From positions 13,764,001-13,828,000 of the forward strand of contig CM102286.1 in NCBI GenBank assembly GCA_046563655.1: 64,000 nucleotides of DNA, given 5' to 3'. Below are positions 39,222-61,921 of this stretch, one piece after another. The first letter of the stretch is position 1. Each line of letters opens with the position of its first letter. Both the position numbers and the translations under genes were made by a program. Origin of the DNA: Yuukianura sp. NJ FZ-2021. Taxonomy: Eukaryota. The notes under the pieces are model-generated. The model searched no databases, was not told the DNA's origin, and saw only the letters and a list, made by a program, of their open reading frames with translations.

Positions 39222-41516
39222 TCCCAGATACGATGATCTCAGAAGCACCGAAAATTCTACTCAAAAGCAATTTCAAGTTAATCTCATCGCGGATTCTTCG
39301 AGGCATCTAAAAAACAAAGTTTACTGAAAAGTGAACTCTCACTTCAAAACTCAAAATTTAATGAAGGTCATGGAACTCACAGCAAAAGTTAGACTTCAAA
39401 GGAGACACATTTCTCATAAATCGCGAAAAAAAAATTGTTAGCAGATCCAAGAGTTGCATTTTTTGCAAAAAATTGAAAGATGCAGTAGCAGAGTTGTACC
39501 AAATTAATATTATTGTGTCCACTTATAGTTAATTCGACCTTCAACTCGAATATTGTTCAGTGTTCATATTTAGTCATAGTACTTGCTAGTCAAAAAGTTC
39601 TACCAAAAAAGTCAAACTATAATTAAATGAAACCTGCCAGTTGAGCAGACAAAAACTTGCAATGCGAAATTGTCTGTTTCGAGACAATTTTTCATAGAAA
39701 AGTTTCATGAATTAGAAATTTCTCTAAATTATTCCAATTTCTCTCGTTTTCGCAGAGAAAATCGGAGTAATTAATTAAATTGGGCGATTCGCTAGTCCAA
39801 TTTCCAGCTCTGAGTCAGTCAGATTGACGTGATAATTTTTTCATCGCAATTTTCTTCTCTTTCTCCATAACATGCAAACGGAAGATCATTTTCCAATCCA
39901 TTAAGATTCTACCTACGTTCGTGTAGAAACTATTTAAAGTACAGTATAGACCATTTCATTTCCTTTTTATGTTTTAGGTTACGCCTTTTCGGTATTTTCA
40001 AAATACGGATCTCCTGGTACAAGTTATCAAGGTCTTCCTAAAAATCGATTGACTTTGTGTCATTCATTCACCTAACTTATTCCTTCCATAGCCCAAAGTC
40101 TATGACTTTGATACAATGTACAGCATGTTCAGGAAGTATTAGCTCCCAGATTAATTCGAATGTGACTAAACTCGTAACATCCAAATGGATTTTTTGAACA
40201 AGAATTCGGAAATTACATGCGGAGGCAGGTTATACAATTCCGTTTTTTTTCTTTTGCTAAATACCGTGTGTGGGGAGACTCTACGACGCTTGCTTAGAAG
40301 ACTCTAAATGAGCCGGTTCGGAGAAAAGGGAGCGAGCCAAGGTGTAAAAAACCCGAATTTCCGAAAAGCTGCGCCGAAGAAGTTCGGATTCGGACTTAAA
40401 GTGGGTTTGTTCCCATCCACTATTTTTTTTTGTAATTTTGGCACAATGGACTTTTGGTCTTGAGCAATAGGTGACTTTCAACACAAGTAGAAAGATCTTG
40501 GGGAGGAATGATTTCTGTTCCTCACGTTCATTTAACTGCTTTCACACTCACTGAAAAAGGAGGCTTTAACCTCATCTTGTTTTTCAAATTTCATTTTGAA
40601 CGGCTCTTGCCAACTTTCTCCTGCTCAGAACTTGAGTAGCACTGGACTTCTTTCGTCTAAAAATATTTTGGAAAGGCTAATTTGCACAATGGGCAACTGA
40701 TTCTTCCGTTTTAAGTTTCTTCGGTGTGGGAACAAATCGAAAGTCATTGATTTTAAGTCTAAGACGTCGCCTGTGACCTAGGTCAGTGTACCGGACTACG
40801 CAATGGCGACCTCTGCGAAATGACGTTTTGCCATTGAATTGCATCCTACCTTCTCAAATAGTTAGGTAAGCTACTAAATTTTTTTTAAAACCAAAGTTAT
40901 AACCATTTTCGAAAGTCAACTTTTAAAGTAACTTTTGTTTTCCCTACTTTCACCAGCATTGTTGAAATCAGAAAAAAATTGGAACAAAATTGTTGATCAT
41001 GAAAATCATTGAGTTGTAAAAAAATTACAGATTTTTTTGTCGCTATTTTTATAAGGTTAATTTGAGTTTTTCTTCAAACTATGAAAATTGATGACTTCAA
41101 TTGAAAGAAATTGAAACATTGAAAAAAAGTTTTAAAATTTTTTAGCACTATGATGACGTACGGTATAGAAATCGTGTGAATCGGTGTGTGAACAGTTTAC
41201 TTTTTGAAAAATTCATTTTTTTTTGTGTGTGTTTTTGGTTATCCGGTTAGACATTTCGGTTTCTGCGGTCACGCAGATGGATCATTCACTTTTTTTGATA
41301 CCAACACAAACAATAACGATATGACAAGGACAAAAAACAAAATAAACTGTGCTATACTTTGAATTCTTGTTTTTTTTCGCCTTGTGTGTGTAGGTAATCG
41401 ACCGTGGAACTGAAATGAATTTACTGCAAAAGCAAAGTTTTTCTACATCTTGAAACTGTTTTTTACAAGTTCATTTTACAATCACCAAAGGTCATTGACA
41501 CTTCTGAAAGGTCAAG

Positions 41517-47486
<5,970 letters not shown>

Positions 47487-49246
47487 AAAAAATTTGATAC
47501 TGAACTTCGATACTGCTGCTCTGCTGCTCGACAGTGCTTGTGAAATACAGCTTGTACCTTAAGTTTAAACGTAGTTCTAGAAATTATTAAGCAAACGAAC
47601 GGGAAAATACCGGTTCCAGCCGAATCTTACAGAACTTCTAAAAATTTAATGCAAATACGCATGAATCTCAGAGGAACCGAGGAAGTGTCGTCATTGCTAA
47701 CCGTCGAGTTAAGTTCCGTTTTGAGCTTCTTTTTGTAAACCGGTATTTCAAACCGGTAAACCGGTAAAATATATGGAATATATTTTATTCCGTAAATCTT
47801 CCTGTTTCTTCTACTCAGCTTAGATTTTCAAAAAGGAATTTCACAAAATGTTAAGGCCCGTGCACACTCCTAGTCAATCACGCTTTTCCGCGGCTTGGTT
47901 GTGCAACTCTAAAACTCTGAAGATTTTCTAAAAAAGCAACGCCGTGGATCTAGTCACACCCAACCACCTTAAGAGTGCTGAAGCTTAGTCATTTAGTTAA
48001 TTAATTAACCATTAATTTGCAACGACCTGCACACTTCAGAATGCAACTCATGCAAGTATAGCTCAGGCGTAATCGGAAAATATTTGTACGCAGTGCGTGC
48101 TATTGATAAAAATTTCATGCTAGGTTAAATTAAATAATTATAATAATTTAGCTGCTGAAACCTTATACGTCGTAAGGAATGATGATGTACGCGATTCGCG
48201 CGTGAAAATTTGAATCTCGCGGAATACGATTAGTTTAAAACAAGAATTACATTAAGTTCCCACCTTAACTTTTTGAATAATCAGAAATTTGTTTAGCAGT
48301 GCTCCAATTAATTAACTTATTTAGAAAAAACTGAAATTACAATTTAGTCAAAAAGTTAACTCAATTTATGCTAGTCTTTGAAATTATTATTCACAGCGCG
48401 TCCGAGCTACTTTTCTATATTCCAAATTAATTAAATAATTAATTAATTGTATTACCTTTGTGTAATCGTCATCTCCTCAGTTGCTCACTAAGAATTGTGG
48501 ACGGATAAGACGTTAATAGTGCTTCTTCAAATGAAAATAAACCTGTTAAAATAAAATAATTAAATGATTAATTACAACCTTGTTGTAAAATTAGCTATTT
48601 TATTTAAAATAGCTACACGACTTGTTTCTTATTTAATTTTTTCCAGCCAAACCACCTTATAAATAACAAATTCAAGTCCTATCACATTAAAAACTTACAG
48701 TCTTGAGTAAGTTCTTGCCGAAGGGAAAGTCATCTTTAACTTTTAAACTAAATGCGCGGGAAAAGTTAAAAACGAATTGTAAAAAAAGCATAAATTTAAA
48801 AATTTAACACATTTTTTTCAAAAACCTTTAAAACATTGTTATTTACCAGAAATATAACTTTTTTTTTCCAAGATAGCTTCCCCTTCTTCCAGACTCAATT
48901 TCTATCGACTGTCTAAATTATAACTGACAGTTTGCAAAGTATTATAATAATTAATATAATTATTACATAATATTGGTTCCATATTACTAAAAAGTAACTT
49001 CAGTAACATAAAAATTATACCAACTACACACTAACATAAAATCGTCAAAAGTGACTACTATAAAAGCTAACGAAAGTCTAAAATTCTTTAAGATTTTTTA
49101 GAAAGATTTGGGCAAACAAAAGTAGTTTGGTTTTGATTATTGTCCATTTTCTTTTAAAATTCTGGCTAAAAGTTCACTGCACTAATTCGAAGTCGTTTTT
49201 CTAAAGCTAAAACTTTTAGTTTGGAGGTTTGTTTAAAATTCAGGCT

Positions 49247-52200
49247 TTAGGATGGATTGTGATGCGGGAGAGAAGAGCCTCTGAATGCTTTTGGCGGTAG
49301 CTTTGGTGGCGGTTTGCACGGAAGTGGCAGAATCCCACCGGGATTTCCCGTCCTCAGAGGGCAAAAGTCGAAGGCCGGCCGCTGCTGATCTCTGGCATGA
49401 CTTTGGCTTCCTAAAAATGAAAAATTCTTAAAAATCGGTCACTAATTTTCCAAAATCTATCTGTTTCTGTAAAATCCGAGTTGTTACCACTTGACGACGG
49501 TGAGGAATGTAACTCTGGACCGTTTTGATTTGGTGTCAGTCGGCCTGGAGAGGAGTTCATATGTATAGAGTGAGATGGGCTGCTCGGATCCCCTTGCAGT
49601 GCAGAAGAGTTCCGACGAGGAATTGGAGGATTTGGCCTTGGTGAAACTTTTCGCGGCGGCAGCGGTGGAGGTGGAATTTCCATTGCGTTTGGCAACTAAA
49701 CCAATCAAAATATACTTCCAAAATACTGCAAGTATTTCCAATACTAAACACTTACCAACACCGGTGACATGGAATCTCCAACAGAGCCTTCCCGCTTACT
49801 TCTCGGGGGAAGAGGTGGAGGTAGATTGAATGCGGATTGGTGATGAATGTGTTGCGGGAGACTTGTGTTATAATGCACAAAATGCGGTGGTTGACAACCA
49901 GGAGAAGAGATTGACCCGGGCGGGGTGTTAGGAACTGAAACAAAAAAAAAATTACAAAAATTAATTAAAATCCACAAAAACGAATCTAAACTGAACACCA
50001 ACAACAATACTTCAAGTAACAGTGAGAAAAAACGATTTCAGTCTAATTTTTGAAACCAAAGAAATCATAGGCACATGAGTCCATTTTCGAAGCTCGAAAT
50101 AGGCATGCGTAAGCTCTTGACTCATCATTACATTGAAAATTTAAAGCGTGAAAATTTGAATTTGAAAATGTCATTTCAAAAAGAATGATTTCGTTGCCAT
50201 TTTCGTTTTAAAATCACTGATGACTCAAGTGCTGTATAGTCCATTCCACTCTTAACACTTATAGCATGCCCATGCAAAGAAATCGGAGTGAATTTTACTT
50301 TGTCCGATGAGAACTGGGGCAAAGATGGAGAAGTCATTGTGGAAACCTGAGTGGGAAGGTGACGAAGTTGAGGCGAGAGAAGACGGAGTTAAGGCCTTCG
50401 GCGTCTGACAAGAAGATTCATTTAGTGACTGAGTCTCCATTTCATCAATCAGTTTCATTCTGGACGAAGAGAAGTTCATAGTCGATGTAGAGAATGGAAG
50501 AAGAGGGCCTGGATGAGACCGACCAGGTAAGTGCTTTGGCTTGATCCCTGGTGACTTTAAGTTTAAATCCGGCCATTTTCGCGGCTACAAAGTCATCCAA
50601 ACCAACATTAATTAACTAAACCAATTAATTTACACTCACGATTAGTGTTTTTCACAGAAACTTACAAATTTGAGAGCTTGCTTTGCCCCTCTCGGCTCAA
50701 TGGTTAGAGATCGTTCGTACAAATAATTAGAAATTTCATTTTCCGGCTCATCAGGTTCAAACGGCTGGAGCTTCTCGATAAACTCCCGAAGTTTGTTCTC
50801 AACTGCCAGAACGTAATGGGAATATTGGAACTGCCGGATTTCACTGGTGATTTCAGCTACTTTTCGGCGTTTACTAAAGTTTATCAGTTCATCAGACTGA
50901 GGAAGGAAATCACGATTGCCCTCTTCGATGTGAAGAATGTTGCTCAGGTACATTCCTACAATCAAGCCGAATTATCAACTATGACAAACTGAGCAAAAAC
51001 TCTCAATATCTTCCAAATCACTTACCAAAGAAGGGGACACAGGGCGGGTTGATCGACCGTAGCTTGTCTTGGTATTTCTTGTAATGGTCATTTTGCAGCT
51101 CTTGAGCCTCTTCAAGTCCCTTCATTAGTCTTGGTGACACGCACTATGAACAATTTAGAAAAACAGTGTTACAGGAAGAAAAACTTTTTTTAGTTGCAAA
51201 CACTTGCCACTTCCAGTGTCTTTTGAAATTGTTCTACCTGGAATGAAAAATTTAGACGGTAGACAGAGGCGGAGCCCATGGCACTAACAACAGCGAGAAC
51301 TCCATTGAAATTGTTCAGTTCCTGCAAAAGCAAAACAAACATAACAAAACGATTAGCTATGGATGAATCTAACCCTATAATAGTTATAAAGTGATATTTA
51401 TTTAGTACCAGGAACATAAGGTAAAATTTTAAAGGCTGAGGTTTTTTAAGTTAAAATGAAGGTAACCAACACCTTACCGTCAACACCATCATGATTTCTA
51501 AAATCCTAGAAATAATAGCCACCCGTTCCTCCAAGTTATCCGTGTCGACAATACTTCGCTCAAACCATCTCGTAACCTTCAAGTAGAAGTAAATCACATG
51601 AACTACCAATCTAATCATTTTGAATTGAGAAATTCCTTGCTTACATTCGTCGTATGTTTAATCATCCGAAGAAGATTGGGAGATGATTTTTCCTAAAAGT
51701 AAAATGCAGAATCCATTAGAATACATAGGTAGATTTTAGACTCAATTCTTTTTAGCTTACCTTGTTCTTTTTCGTCCACACACTTCCAACCAGTTCCGAA
51801 GGTTTCACTACACGGTAGTAATCAAACTCTAGCAGAGTAAGTTGACGAGCAAACTCAATTGGATGAAGCTACATTTTGTAATAGAAATCAAACACATTGT
51901 AATACACATAGCACTGTGGATTGAAATTCTGCATCCAGAGTCATACCGTTAGTACATTCCATTCAGACACCGGACATTTTATATGAGTTTCAATCGGAGG
52001 AGGTGACTTTACAGCAGAGAACTGACGATCTTGTTCAAACTGGCTGTTTTCCACCTATAAATGAAATAACCGCCGGTTAATCCACTCACAGTAATATCTG
52101 GGATACGTAAAAATTGCTTTAGTAAAACTTACAGCCTTTCGTAAACATCTTCGTACTGACTCGAAAATGGAACTTTTTCCTCGACCATCGTCGACATCTT

Positions 52201-55200
52201 CCAGAAACTGCTCCAGTTTCCCCTGGAGAGAAGGATCCCGCTCAAAGTCATAGAAATGATGAATTACCCACTGTTTTATCACATTCAGCACCCTAAATCA
52301 CCAAATCATTGATTTTACAACGTACACATTTTACTTCTACAAAGTTCTAACAAACCTCAGACGAACAAGTCGTGAATACTCTTTTCGAAATCGCTTCAAC
52401 ATTTCTCTAGCATGTACCGTTTCACGTTCCTCTTCCGGGATATCCGGATCCGGAATGGTGAATCGCTCCATGAGATAATCAAGTAACTCCTACAAAAAAT
52501 AGTTCATTCAATTAGTACAAATTACAAAGTTTTCAAAAAATGGAGTGTTAGAATCATGAAAAACAGGGCAAGAGTCTTACATGGGGGGAACAGAAACTTC
52601 TGTACGTTGTTAAAAACGTATTGACAAAATTTGGATCCGAATATTGATGATGCGTTAGCCTCTCCACTAGTTTTAGTAATGTTGCACCCTAAAGTAATTA
52701 AAATATGCCAGTTTATAACAAAAAGCTACATAAATTGACCAAAATGTCACTGTAAACTCACTTTAATCACAGAATGGTTTGAATTGTCCTTGTCAAAAAC
52801 AATGTTTTCATCGGAATCAGGCACAGCAAACCGGTACTTCGTGCTCGGTGGCAGTCTCAACGGATGCTTTCGCTCCTCATCCGACAGGATACGGTCCAAG
52901 AGACGATCAAGCATACTACATTCCAACAACTTTTCAATTAATAATTGAACCACAAAACATAATTAATAAAATTCTAACCTTTTTGTAGTTAACATTACTA
53001 AAACGGCCATCCAATTTGATTTTTCTTCGTAAGTCTTTGTCGATATGGTTATTGGCGCTTGATCCCTGGGCAGTATCTCAAACAAATTCCTCGATTCTAG
53101 ACAACATTCATCAATTAATTGATCGATCAGATATTTTTTGTTGAAAATCATTAACTAACCTTCTGTAGCCTCCTTATCACGAACTTCCAACTTCGTTAGA
53201 TGGAAGGATTCTTTCATTCGATACTCAAATTGTGGTCCTCCAGTTACAACAGAAGTTCTTCGATGCGACGACTTGCAAAAAATCATACAACCGTCGAACA
53301 GGTAGGCATGTCGCTCCGATGGCTTCTTCGCACTGCCTAATTTTTGGAGATCTCCCTCTGAAAATTTCAACAGCATTTGTTCCAGTACCTTCCGGTTGTT
53401 AATAAACGAATTTACGAATTCATTAGAAATTGCGGATACTCACCACAGAAAAATTCGTTAAAATACGACTGGTTGTACACATCACCAAACCCTTCAATTT
53501 GAGTTTTCAATTCCAGTGCCTTCTTCTGAGCAAGTTGTTTACTTCCCTTGCCGTTGATTCGTGAATTTAAATCCCCCGTTAGCTTCTTTGGAATGTTCAA
53601 AGCTTCCAAAACTGACTTCAAAGAAGTAAATACACTGTCGGCCTGCAGAAATTCTGCTTTGTCTTCTTCTGAAGGCGATAAACTGTACAACAACTGCAAA
53701 CGAAGAAAAACTTACACAATGTAAGACGTTACGATTCAAAAACGTCAAGGAATCTTACCTTGATGTACTCAAAGTACTGCTGACAATGATAAAAAGGCTC
53801 CAGTAATAGTTTTGGAAAATAAAACTTCACAGCTTCTACGTAGCCGGTTCCGGCAGTAGCCAAGGCGGATTCGACTTCGTGTTGACTTAGAATTTCGGTA
53901 AGGTCAGTCTGACAAGATTCGTTGAATGCTTCAGCATATCTATCGTACACATCAAACTCCCAAGTCTAAAACAAGAAAAATCATTGAGGTTAAAATGGTA
54001 GAAAAGAGAGTTAAAACTAAGTTAATGAAGTGATTAACCTCGGCTAATTCCAGTATACAGCCTCCAACGGCGGGAACTTGGTTGGGTTCGTTGATTTCTA
54101 AAGTGTCTTCTAGTGAACTGATTAGCATGATTGTTAGTTCTGTTATGTCTTCGATGCATACGAATACTGTCTCCAGACGCTAGTAGAAATAAATGCTTAT
54201 TTACTTGCACTTGAACTGCTTGTCCTGAGGTAACTTTTTGCTGAAAATTGTACCTTGTTGACCGCATCGAGTTGGCAAGCCAAGTGCTCGCGAAAGACCT
54301 TAGTAAGCATTTGTAAATCCCGAAGGTACTGCTTCTCACAGCGTATGAAGTCATCTACAACCTGCACGAAAATCCAGAAAAAGTTCCCTCATATTATTCT
54401 CGAGCTAAGCTTCTATTATTCTATAATAGTTAATTCGCAATTACCTCATTATAAGAAAGTGAATTCCTAGGTATAGGTTGCTCCTCCATCAGATCTAACG
54501 GCCCTCCTGTGTCACCCAGCTTGAACAAATCGCACAACACCTAAAAATACACACAAGTTAAGTACTGTTTTGGAACAAAGTGACAAAGGCTTCCATTACT
54601 TTATCGCAGATCAAAGCTGCTTTGACGTCTTGAACAGTAAACTCTCCATGTCTGCTATGCTTCACGTAGTTTCCGACAAGCTATGCAAAAAAAAAGAAGT
54701 TAAAAATGTGCGTGACTTCCTAATCCTAAGAAGTTTTAACATTACATGAAGAATGTCGGCTGAGATGTACTCAAGTACAGCAGCGATGTACAGCGTCACA
54801 TTGTGGTCAATTTTATGCTGCAAAACTTCCTAAAATACAGACGAAAATATCACACGGTTATTTTAAAATCGAAAATTGTATTCAGTATTATTTCAACACG
54901 TTAGAACTGGACTCATATTATTACCTTTTGCAGTAAGGTGTGAAGCCGATCCACTGGAAATACCTGTATTAGAGACGATGAGAGTTAATTCAAATTCGTT
55001 TAGTGATGTGATAACTTATTAGCATTAATCCATGGTTAAATCGCGACATTACCTGTGTTTCTACGCTATTTTTCTTCTTTCCTTGCTTGTTCAAGGCATT
55101 TGAGGCTTCGTCTATGGCCCACTTATCAACTGGTGGTGGAAACATCTTCTGTATCCTGTCCTGGATTTCAGACACGGTGTGAGGTATAGGACGACTGCAA

Positions 55201-55545
55201 AGTAATCCCAGCAATTGGAGGATGAGCCGCTCGACGTGGTAGAACGCTTCTTCTCTGGCTTTTGTCGAATGTCCAACTTGCTGCGAAACCTGTGCCAGTA
55301 ATCAGAAAGTTAGCAATTGCCTTTTAGTTAGGGATGATAACCATTATGATCAACGATGACTCATCGCTAGGACTCAAATTGAATTTTTCTCTAAAAGCGA
55401 AAGAGGACTATTTACCCTATCTGTTACGTAGTCTGAATTTTACCTTCTGCAGCCCTGGAACAAAAAGTCCTCTCCATTTGTTCTCATTTTCTTTCGAAAT
55501 GAAGTCGTATTGACTCAAATCCGCATTTGAGTATGCTGGTAACAT
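49247..55545 (-). CDS. Sos: Son of sevenless Ras GEF
   Basis: Histone-fold region ([23 protein letters not shown]), DH, PH (ERHAYLFDG), REM ([25 protein letters not shown]) and CDC25 ([32 protein letters not shown]) domains, followed by a PPPLPPR-rich tail. Confidence 0.96.
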
Positions 55546-57027
55546 AGTTCCACACTCGACTCCAGGTTTCCAGGGAACAAATGTCGTAGAGCTTTTGGAA
55601 CTTCTTCAGTGACGAGTTTCCAACATAAGTCTTAACAAAAGATACAGGAATTCATCCGTCGAAACAGTTTACGTCATCGTCCATGATCTCGCCTTCTCCT
55701 GGTTATCGGAGTTTCCATTTTGGGCAACTCTTCTCTTCGGTCAGCGACGCACGGTAGATTCAACAATCAGTTCAGCAAACAGGAACCGAAGTTACACCTA
55801 TTAAGACATAAGTATGTTCACAAACTTAGATTCCACCATGTACACTAAATTAATCGTTAATTTTCTTACCATGGCCCGAATATAGATTAGGTTACGATTC
55901 TGCACTGGCTCCGCCCAATTTATCTTGACTTTATTTATGGAATTAATAATTCAATTACTTTACCTAAAATAGGATACCTCAGGAGATGAAAAACTGAAGA
56001 GGGAACATAAAACTAATCAGTGAAGCAGAAGTGGTTGAAAAGTTGAAAACAGAAATGACATGCATTTACATCAACAACTTCAAAAAATAGTAATCAAACA
56101 GGATCAACCAGACTTCGGCACTTTCCTCCCGCCACTCTCCCCTCTTTTTCCTCAACCACAAATATGTGAAAGTGGATGTACCGATCGCGGTGCGGCGAAA
56201 CAGTTGAGCCGAACAAATCCGGTAGGTTCGACTCAGTGTTTCACAATGTGATAAAAAATATATCCTACTACCTAGTTAAAGTAATACTATTATCAGTTGT
56301 AACATAATAACATCACGTACTTCGAATATGAATGCAATTAAAGCCTCATATTTGTATTATCTTTGCCCATTTGCACCATATGTACTCATATATTTGTTGA
56401 TTACACCATACGTACTATCTGCACGACTGCATGGTATGGTATCTCAACTTGTACCGAATGTTTCAAACTCATTTCGTTTTTCCCGCTACTTATTCAAAAT
56501 TTTACGTTCGGGAAAAGTAGGGATTAAGAAGATAACTCTATATTGACGTTTTGTTTACGTTTCCTTTGCATTGGAAAATTAAAGGGACAATAATTAACGG
56601 AAAAATGGTGGTGCATTTGGATAACCCGGTATAACCGGTTATTTGCGGTTTCTGTTGCACATGAGTGATTTTAAGGAAAGTCAAAATCCAGCGATTGAAA
56701 TTTCCATAAGATCATGTGACCTTACGGGGATACAAGCAAAAGCATTTGAATTCACAGGAAAGAGAAGGGAGAAAAACTTATTTGTATTTTTTGTTCATTG
56801 TTCTCTCACTCAGCAGGTCGACTGATAAATCTCTCGAATTTACAAAGTTTTCTTTGTCTCGATTCATTCGTTTGTTGTACAAATTACAACAAAATTCAGC
56901 GGTAAGTTCAGTCTATATCTAAAACAATCGACTGGCAATTCGTAAGTATGCATGACTCATGTGTTTAGACATCGGTAAACATGGAAGGTTAACTGACCAA
57001 TTCATTTGTATTTAGTCAAAGGGGGAG

Positions 57028-58736
<1,709 letters not shown>

Positions 58737-60430
58737 GTTCCAAACTCCTTATATTTCTTGATTTTTTTTTATCCCAAGCTTATTAACGTTTCTCGAATCT
58801 TGATGACCTTTGACCTTGGTTGAAAGCTCTTTGAACAAGTCAATAACCTCTCACTCCGCAGTGACTTTTAAGCCCTAATATTCCAACTGCTGAGAGTCTT
58901 GACGCTCTATAAAGTAACTCATTTTTATCAACTACTATTATGTCAATTTTAGTTTAGTTTATGGAGGACCAATTATGAATTTTTGGCTTCATCTTCCCGA
59001 TTACTACCATTGCTTATCAGATCACAATTAGTGGAAAGAACTTCCCATGTTTTAATTGTATATAGTTGGAGATCATCTTCTTCCTTGTCAACTTGTCACA
59101 CTAAATAATACTAAATAGGGACAGTACGTATAAGGAGCCTTTCACCGTAGTTATTGGGATGTTTTGTAGACATATTTTCCCATCCCAACAACTCTTGTTT
59201 ATTTCCTTACAAAAACTTCATATTTCTAAATTCAAGTGTAGTTTTCGCTGAGAAAAACCTGATCTTAACGATTGGTAGCATTTACATAGGTTTCCATTTT
59301 TTCTGAACTACACTCGGGATTCACTCAACTTCGCAAACAAAACTGCTCTAATGGAATGCGACAGCGTGAAAAAACGCGAAAATCCTCGCAGAATTTCAGA
59401 AAACGCCGAATTCCGGAATTCTTAAGGAAATTCAACAAAATTAACGATTTTCAGATTTCATTTAGCAGTTACCGCAGTTTGTAACCTTAACCGTAATAAT
59501 TTTGGAATTGACGAATAACGTAACATTTGTAACAAGACACAGACAGACAGACAAGGTCAAACCATAAAGTAGCTTTCGCTAACTATTAATGAGGAGCAGA
59601 TCCGTTCATTGCGAAGTTTTGTGATTGAAAGTGTTAAATACTGCTGCAAATACTTGAAGTAACCACGCAAGCACCAACCAGCCCTTAAAACTAACCAACA
59701 TCTAATTACTAATGTTAATCAGTTGAGCTAATCAAGCCGAACTGAGATACAGGGAACGATAGGTGTTTCTTTAGCACTGTTTTCCTATTTTAGTCTTACT
59801 AAAGAAAAATAGATAATTTTATATAAAAACAAATTAATAAACCTAAACATTACTACAGATTAATGTACAGGGGGATTTTATCCTACAGCTACGCTGGAGT
59901 AAATTATAATAAATAAATATTGAATTTATGTTTAGTATCATTCAAATAAAATTTATAAACCAAAAAGCTTGGGAATGATGTATCTTATTTTTTCAATTAA
60001 CAGTTAATTAGTAATTAGTAATTTGCAACGTACATTGTTGTACCGTATTGTATTGACATTTGCTATTACATTAGGGAGGTTGAGAGGCGACCAAAGATAG
60101 CCCGGGCTCCTCAATGAATCAAAGGCGAATAAAATTTAACAACAACAAAACAAAAGCAATTCGATTGTAATTCGAAGCAACATTGACCTCACATTGACAT
60201 TTCCGTCGGTAAGGTATTTTAATTTAATTACTAATTGACGAATTCGATTACTAATTCTGGGTATACTTTCAGATATTAGACGATCCCTTAAGAGAAATCA
60301 AGCTTTCAGTGGACAATTTATAAGAACTTTCAAAATCTGTCATGGTGGTGTCAAGGGTCAACCTAATTAGCTAAGGTTTGCCAGTTTCGCGTTCTCTTTG
60401 AACTGGAGTGCGGATTGTCACTGGTCAACG

Positions 60431-61797
60431 ATGCTGGGAGAGCCATATCGCTATGAATACGCTGCAGGGCCCACATTAGAAGCGAGTCCTTGTCCTGGAT
60501 ATTACTGTGGCCGAATCCAATTTTCAAATGGAAGGTTAGCTAATTTGTTCCTCGATTTTTCAAAAATTAGTGCTTTATTTAATTAATAAACTTTACTGTG
60601 TAAATTTAGTTTCAGCAGTTGTGGAGCGTGTCCCACCGGATTTCGACGGATGTCAAATGGATACGAGTGCATCTCCTGTGACAAGGACTTGTTATTCTAC
60701 GATTGGTTATATGTAAGTAATTAACATATTACTAATTAGATAAACTTATTGAAGAAATAAGTTTCTTTTGTGATTCTATAGCTTGGATTCATGGGCATGT
60801 TACCGGTTCTGTTCCACATGTGCTCCACAAATCGGAAGAACCTAAGGTAAATCGGTTTACATTTTGTTTCCGTGTTTACCTATTATGTTTTAATTCAAAT
60901 TGTTCTTTTTAGTACACAAGATACTTTATGCTCAGTAGTTTTATCAATTCTGGAAATCGCCATTTCCGCAACGATTACACTTCTGGCTTGGGAACCTCGC
61001 TGGAGCTTCAGAATCAAGTCCTGCGGAGTAACACATCTCGCCGATTGGTATCCAGTCTTCTACAATCCGTCTCCAAATTATGAAGAAACTCTTCACTGCA
61101 GTTCAGAACAAGTTTATCCACTGTAAGCAGTACTTAAAAGTAATACTCACATTCAATTAATAGCGATTTACGTTCAAGTCTTTTGATTTTCAAAGGTACA
61201 CAATCATCCTGGTGTTCTACGCAGTTGCAGATGCGGTGATGTTAATTCTACGATTCACAATTCAGTTTTTCGGATTCAAAGTGCTAAGTTCCGTTTACGC
61301 TGCGCTCTACTTTTACCCAATTCTCGCCCTCTGTCATTTAGTTCTCGGAGGATTTATTTGTAAGTATCCGACTTTCGAAGTATGCCGACTGCTGCTAGTT
61401 TCTAAACTTATGTTGTTTGATCTAGATTCAATATTCCCATACTGCACAATACTGGGTTCAATTGTTTCCTGTTCCTATCACTTTGCCAAGCGTGAAAACC
61501 AGGTAAGCCAGAACGTCAGTAATTCGTTTGAACTTCGTCATGAATCATGATTAATGTTGATCGATTCTAAATATTTCACAGGGATTCAAGAACTTGATTG
61601 TGGACAGTTTCAAGGACTGGAGAAACGGAGGAATCATCCTCTGTCACTGGTTTTTGCATGCCTATGGCATTGTCTCCGTGACCCAGCTGAGTGACCTGAC
61701 TCTTGACCTAAGTTTGCTTTCACTTGTCCCGGCTCCTACGCTAATTTATATCGCCACGGTAAGCTTTACTGACCCCGCTAAGTTACACACTGACTGA
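60431..61797 (+). CDS. JKAMP: JNK1/MAPK8-associated membrane protein
   Basis: CPGYYCGR, CGACPTGFR, YDWLYLGFM, LADWYPVFYNPSPNYEETLHCSSEQVYPL, YAALYFYPIL, HWFLHAYGIVS, FTDP. Start codon is tentative. Confidence 0.92.
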
Positions 61798-61921
61798 CGA
61801 TTAGACTGGAGAAATTATAGCTTCGATAGGGAATTTACTCAACATTAAAATGCAATCGATTATCGATTGATGAGATATAACTTCTAGAGAGTTAAAACGT
61901 ATCCTACGATATCGCTGATGC

